Assembly: GCA_031415375.1 (NCBI GenBank) | Contig: JANORP010000005.1 | Location: forward strand, 9,683-73,682 | Direction: 5' to 3' | Length of the DNA stretch: 64,000 nt | From: Bacteroidota bacterium | GTDB lineage: Bacteria > Bacteroidota > Bacteroidia > J057 > JADKCL01 | Part shown: in pieces, positions 63,443 to 64,000 of the stretch | Layout of the letters: every line of letters starts with the position of its first letter | Position numbering within the stretch: the first letter of the stretch is position 1 | Position numbers and translations under genes: made by a program | Notes under the pieces: model-generated | Told to the model about the DNA's origin: nothing | Database searches by the model: none | What the model saw: the letters and a program-made list of their open reading frames with translations, nothing else

Positions 63443-64000
63443 GTACGCTCGCCACATTGAAGCTAGCCATCGCATCCCATACCCCTTGGGATGCCGACGA
63501 GGCCGCTATGCAACAAGCGATGCTTGACTTTGTGGACAAGTTTTCAGATTGCCTCTGGCGCAGCCAGCTAATAGGACACATCACAGCCTCTGCTTGGGTG
63601 CTCGACGAGTCAAGCACGCAAGTCTTGCTGATCCATCATCGCAAGCTTGACAGATGGCTACAGCCCGGCGGCCATGCCGACGGCGAAGCCAATACACTCG
63701 CCGTCGCGCAGCGTGAAGTGCTCGAAGAAACTGGCTTGGAGACAGAGCCAATTTCGGCAGCTATTTTTGATTTGGACATCCACGAGATTCCGGCAAGATC
63801 TTCGGAGCCAATGCATTACCATTATGATTTGCGTTACCTGCTGCGGCCCCGCGCAGGCAGCCAATTGCAGATCAACCACGAGGTCAAAGCCGCAGAATGG
63901 GTGCCACTTACACACGTGCAGGCCCGCGCTACCGATCGGTCATTGCTTCGAATGGTGGAAAAAGTCCTGTCCCAAAACACTGAATCATCAGCCCCTCACC
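63439..64000 (+). CDS. Nudix hydrolase (3'-truncated by the window end)
   Basis: This ORF is not in the supplied track because it has no stop inside the window. ATG 63439 overlaps the ArsC-like stop (ATGA). My translation is MSTLATLKLAIASHTPW...GGHADGEANTLAVAQREVLEETGL, which contains the Nudix box GX5EX7REUXEEXGU. The frame stays open to position 64000. Confidence 0.8.
   Translation, partial: MSTLATLKLAIASHTPWDADEAAMQQAMLDFVDKFSDCLWRSQLIGHITASAWVLDESSTQVLLIHHRKLDRWLQPGGHADGEANTLAVAQREVLEETGLETEPISAAIFDLDIHEIPARSSEPMHYHYDLRYLLRPRAGSQLQINHEVKAAEWVPLTHVQARATDRSLLRMVEKVLSQNTESSAPH

Noticed and set aside
1-64000. CRISPR arrays, rRNA/tRNA genes, transposases, integrases, reverse transcriptases and prophage structural genes.
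   Set aside because: No regularly spaced direct repeats, no conserved rRNA or tRNA motifs, and no ORF with recombinase, RT or phage hallmark motifs were seen while reading both strands. The only repeats are paralogous genes and short regulatory words. This reading cannot fully exclude short or degenerate elements.

Overview
This 64-kb chromosomal window looks like a Bacteroidota genome. The evidence is at least nine proteins ending in T9SS type-A C-terminal sorting domains, CarboxypepD_reg-type TonB-dependent receptors, and a TAnnTTTG-type promoter box. A Saprospiria- or Cytophagia-like lineage is only a guess. I call about 57 CDS. I recognised no rRNA, tRNA, CRISPR array, transposase or integrase.

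Core genes:
- recG, plsC, bcp, fbp, pspA, cinA, kup and exbB-exbD
- a 2-oxoacid dehydrogenase E2, an M1 aminopeptidase, an S46 dipeptidyl-peptidase and a large OmpA-family protein
- a family III CoA-transferase coupled to a small Rieske protein
- a MazG-like, ArsC-like and Nudix gene run

The window is unusually rich in secreted or surface proteins, many of them tandem paralog pairs: two TonB-dependent receptors, two Cys-rich T9SS cargos, two 'GGPDxxGYxWKDSNEPG' T9SS cargos and two small T9SS cargos flanking bcp.

Small low-GC accessory insertions:
- a ParE/RelE-type toxin-antitoxin pair (1.6-2.2 kb)
- a single-gene GmrSD (DUF262/DUF1524) type IV restriction islet (7.0-8.8 kb)
- a solo RhuM gene (34.6-35.7 kb)
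- a Panacea-domain antitoxin overlapping an unassigned 157-aa putative toxin, immediately followed by an HD-Pnk-type RNA/DNA end-healing enzyme (53.9-56.3 kb)

The last locus is my best candidate for something new, but nothing here can be proven without database or structure searches. All function calls rest on motifs read by eye from the supplied translations.
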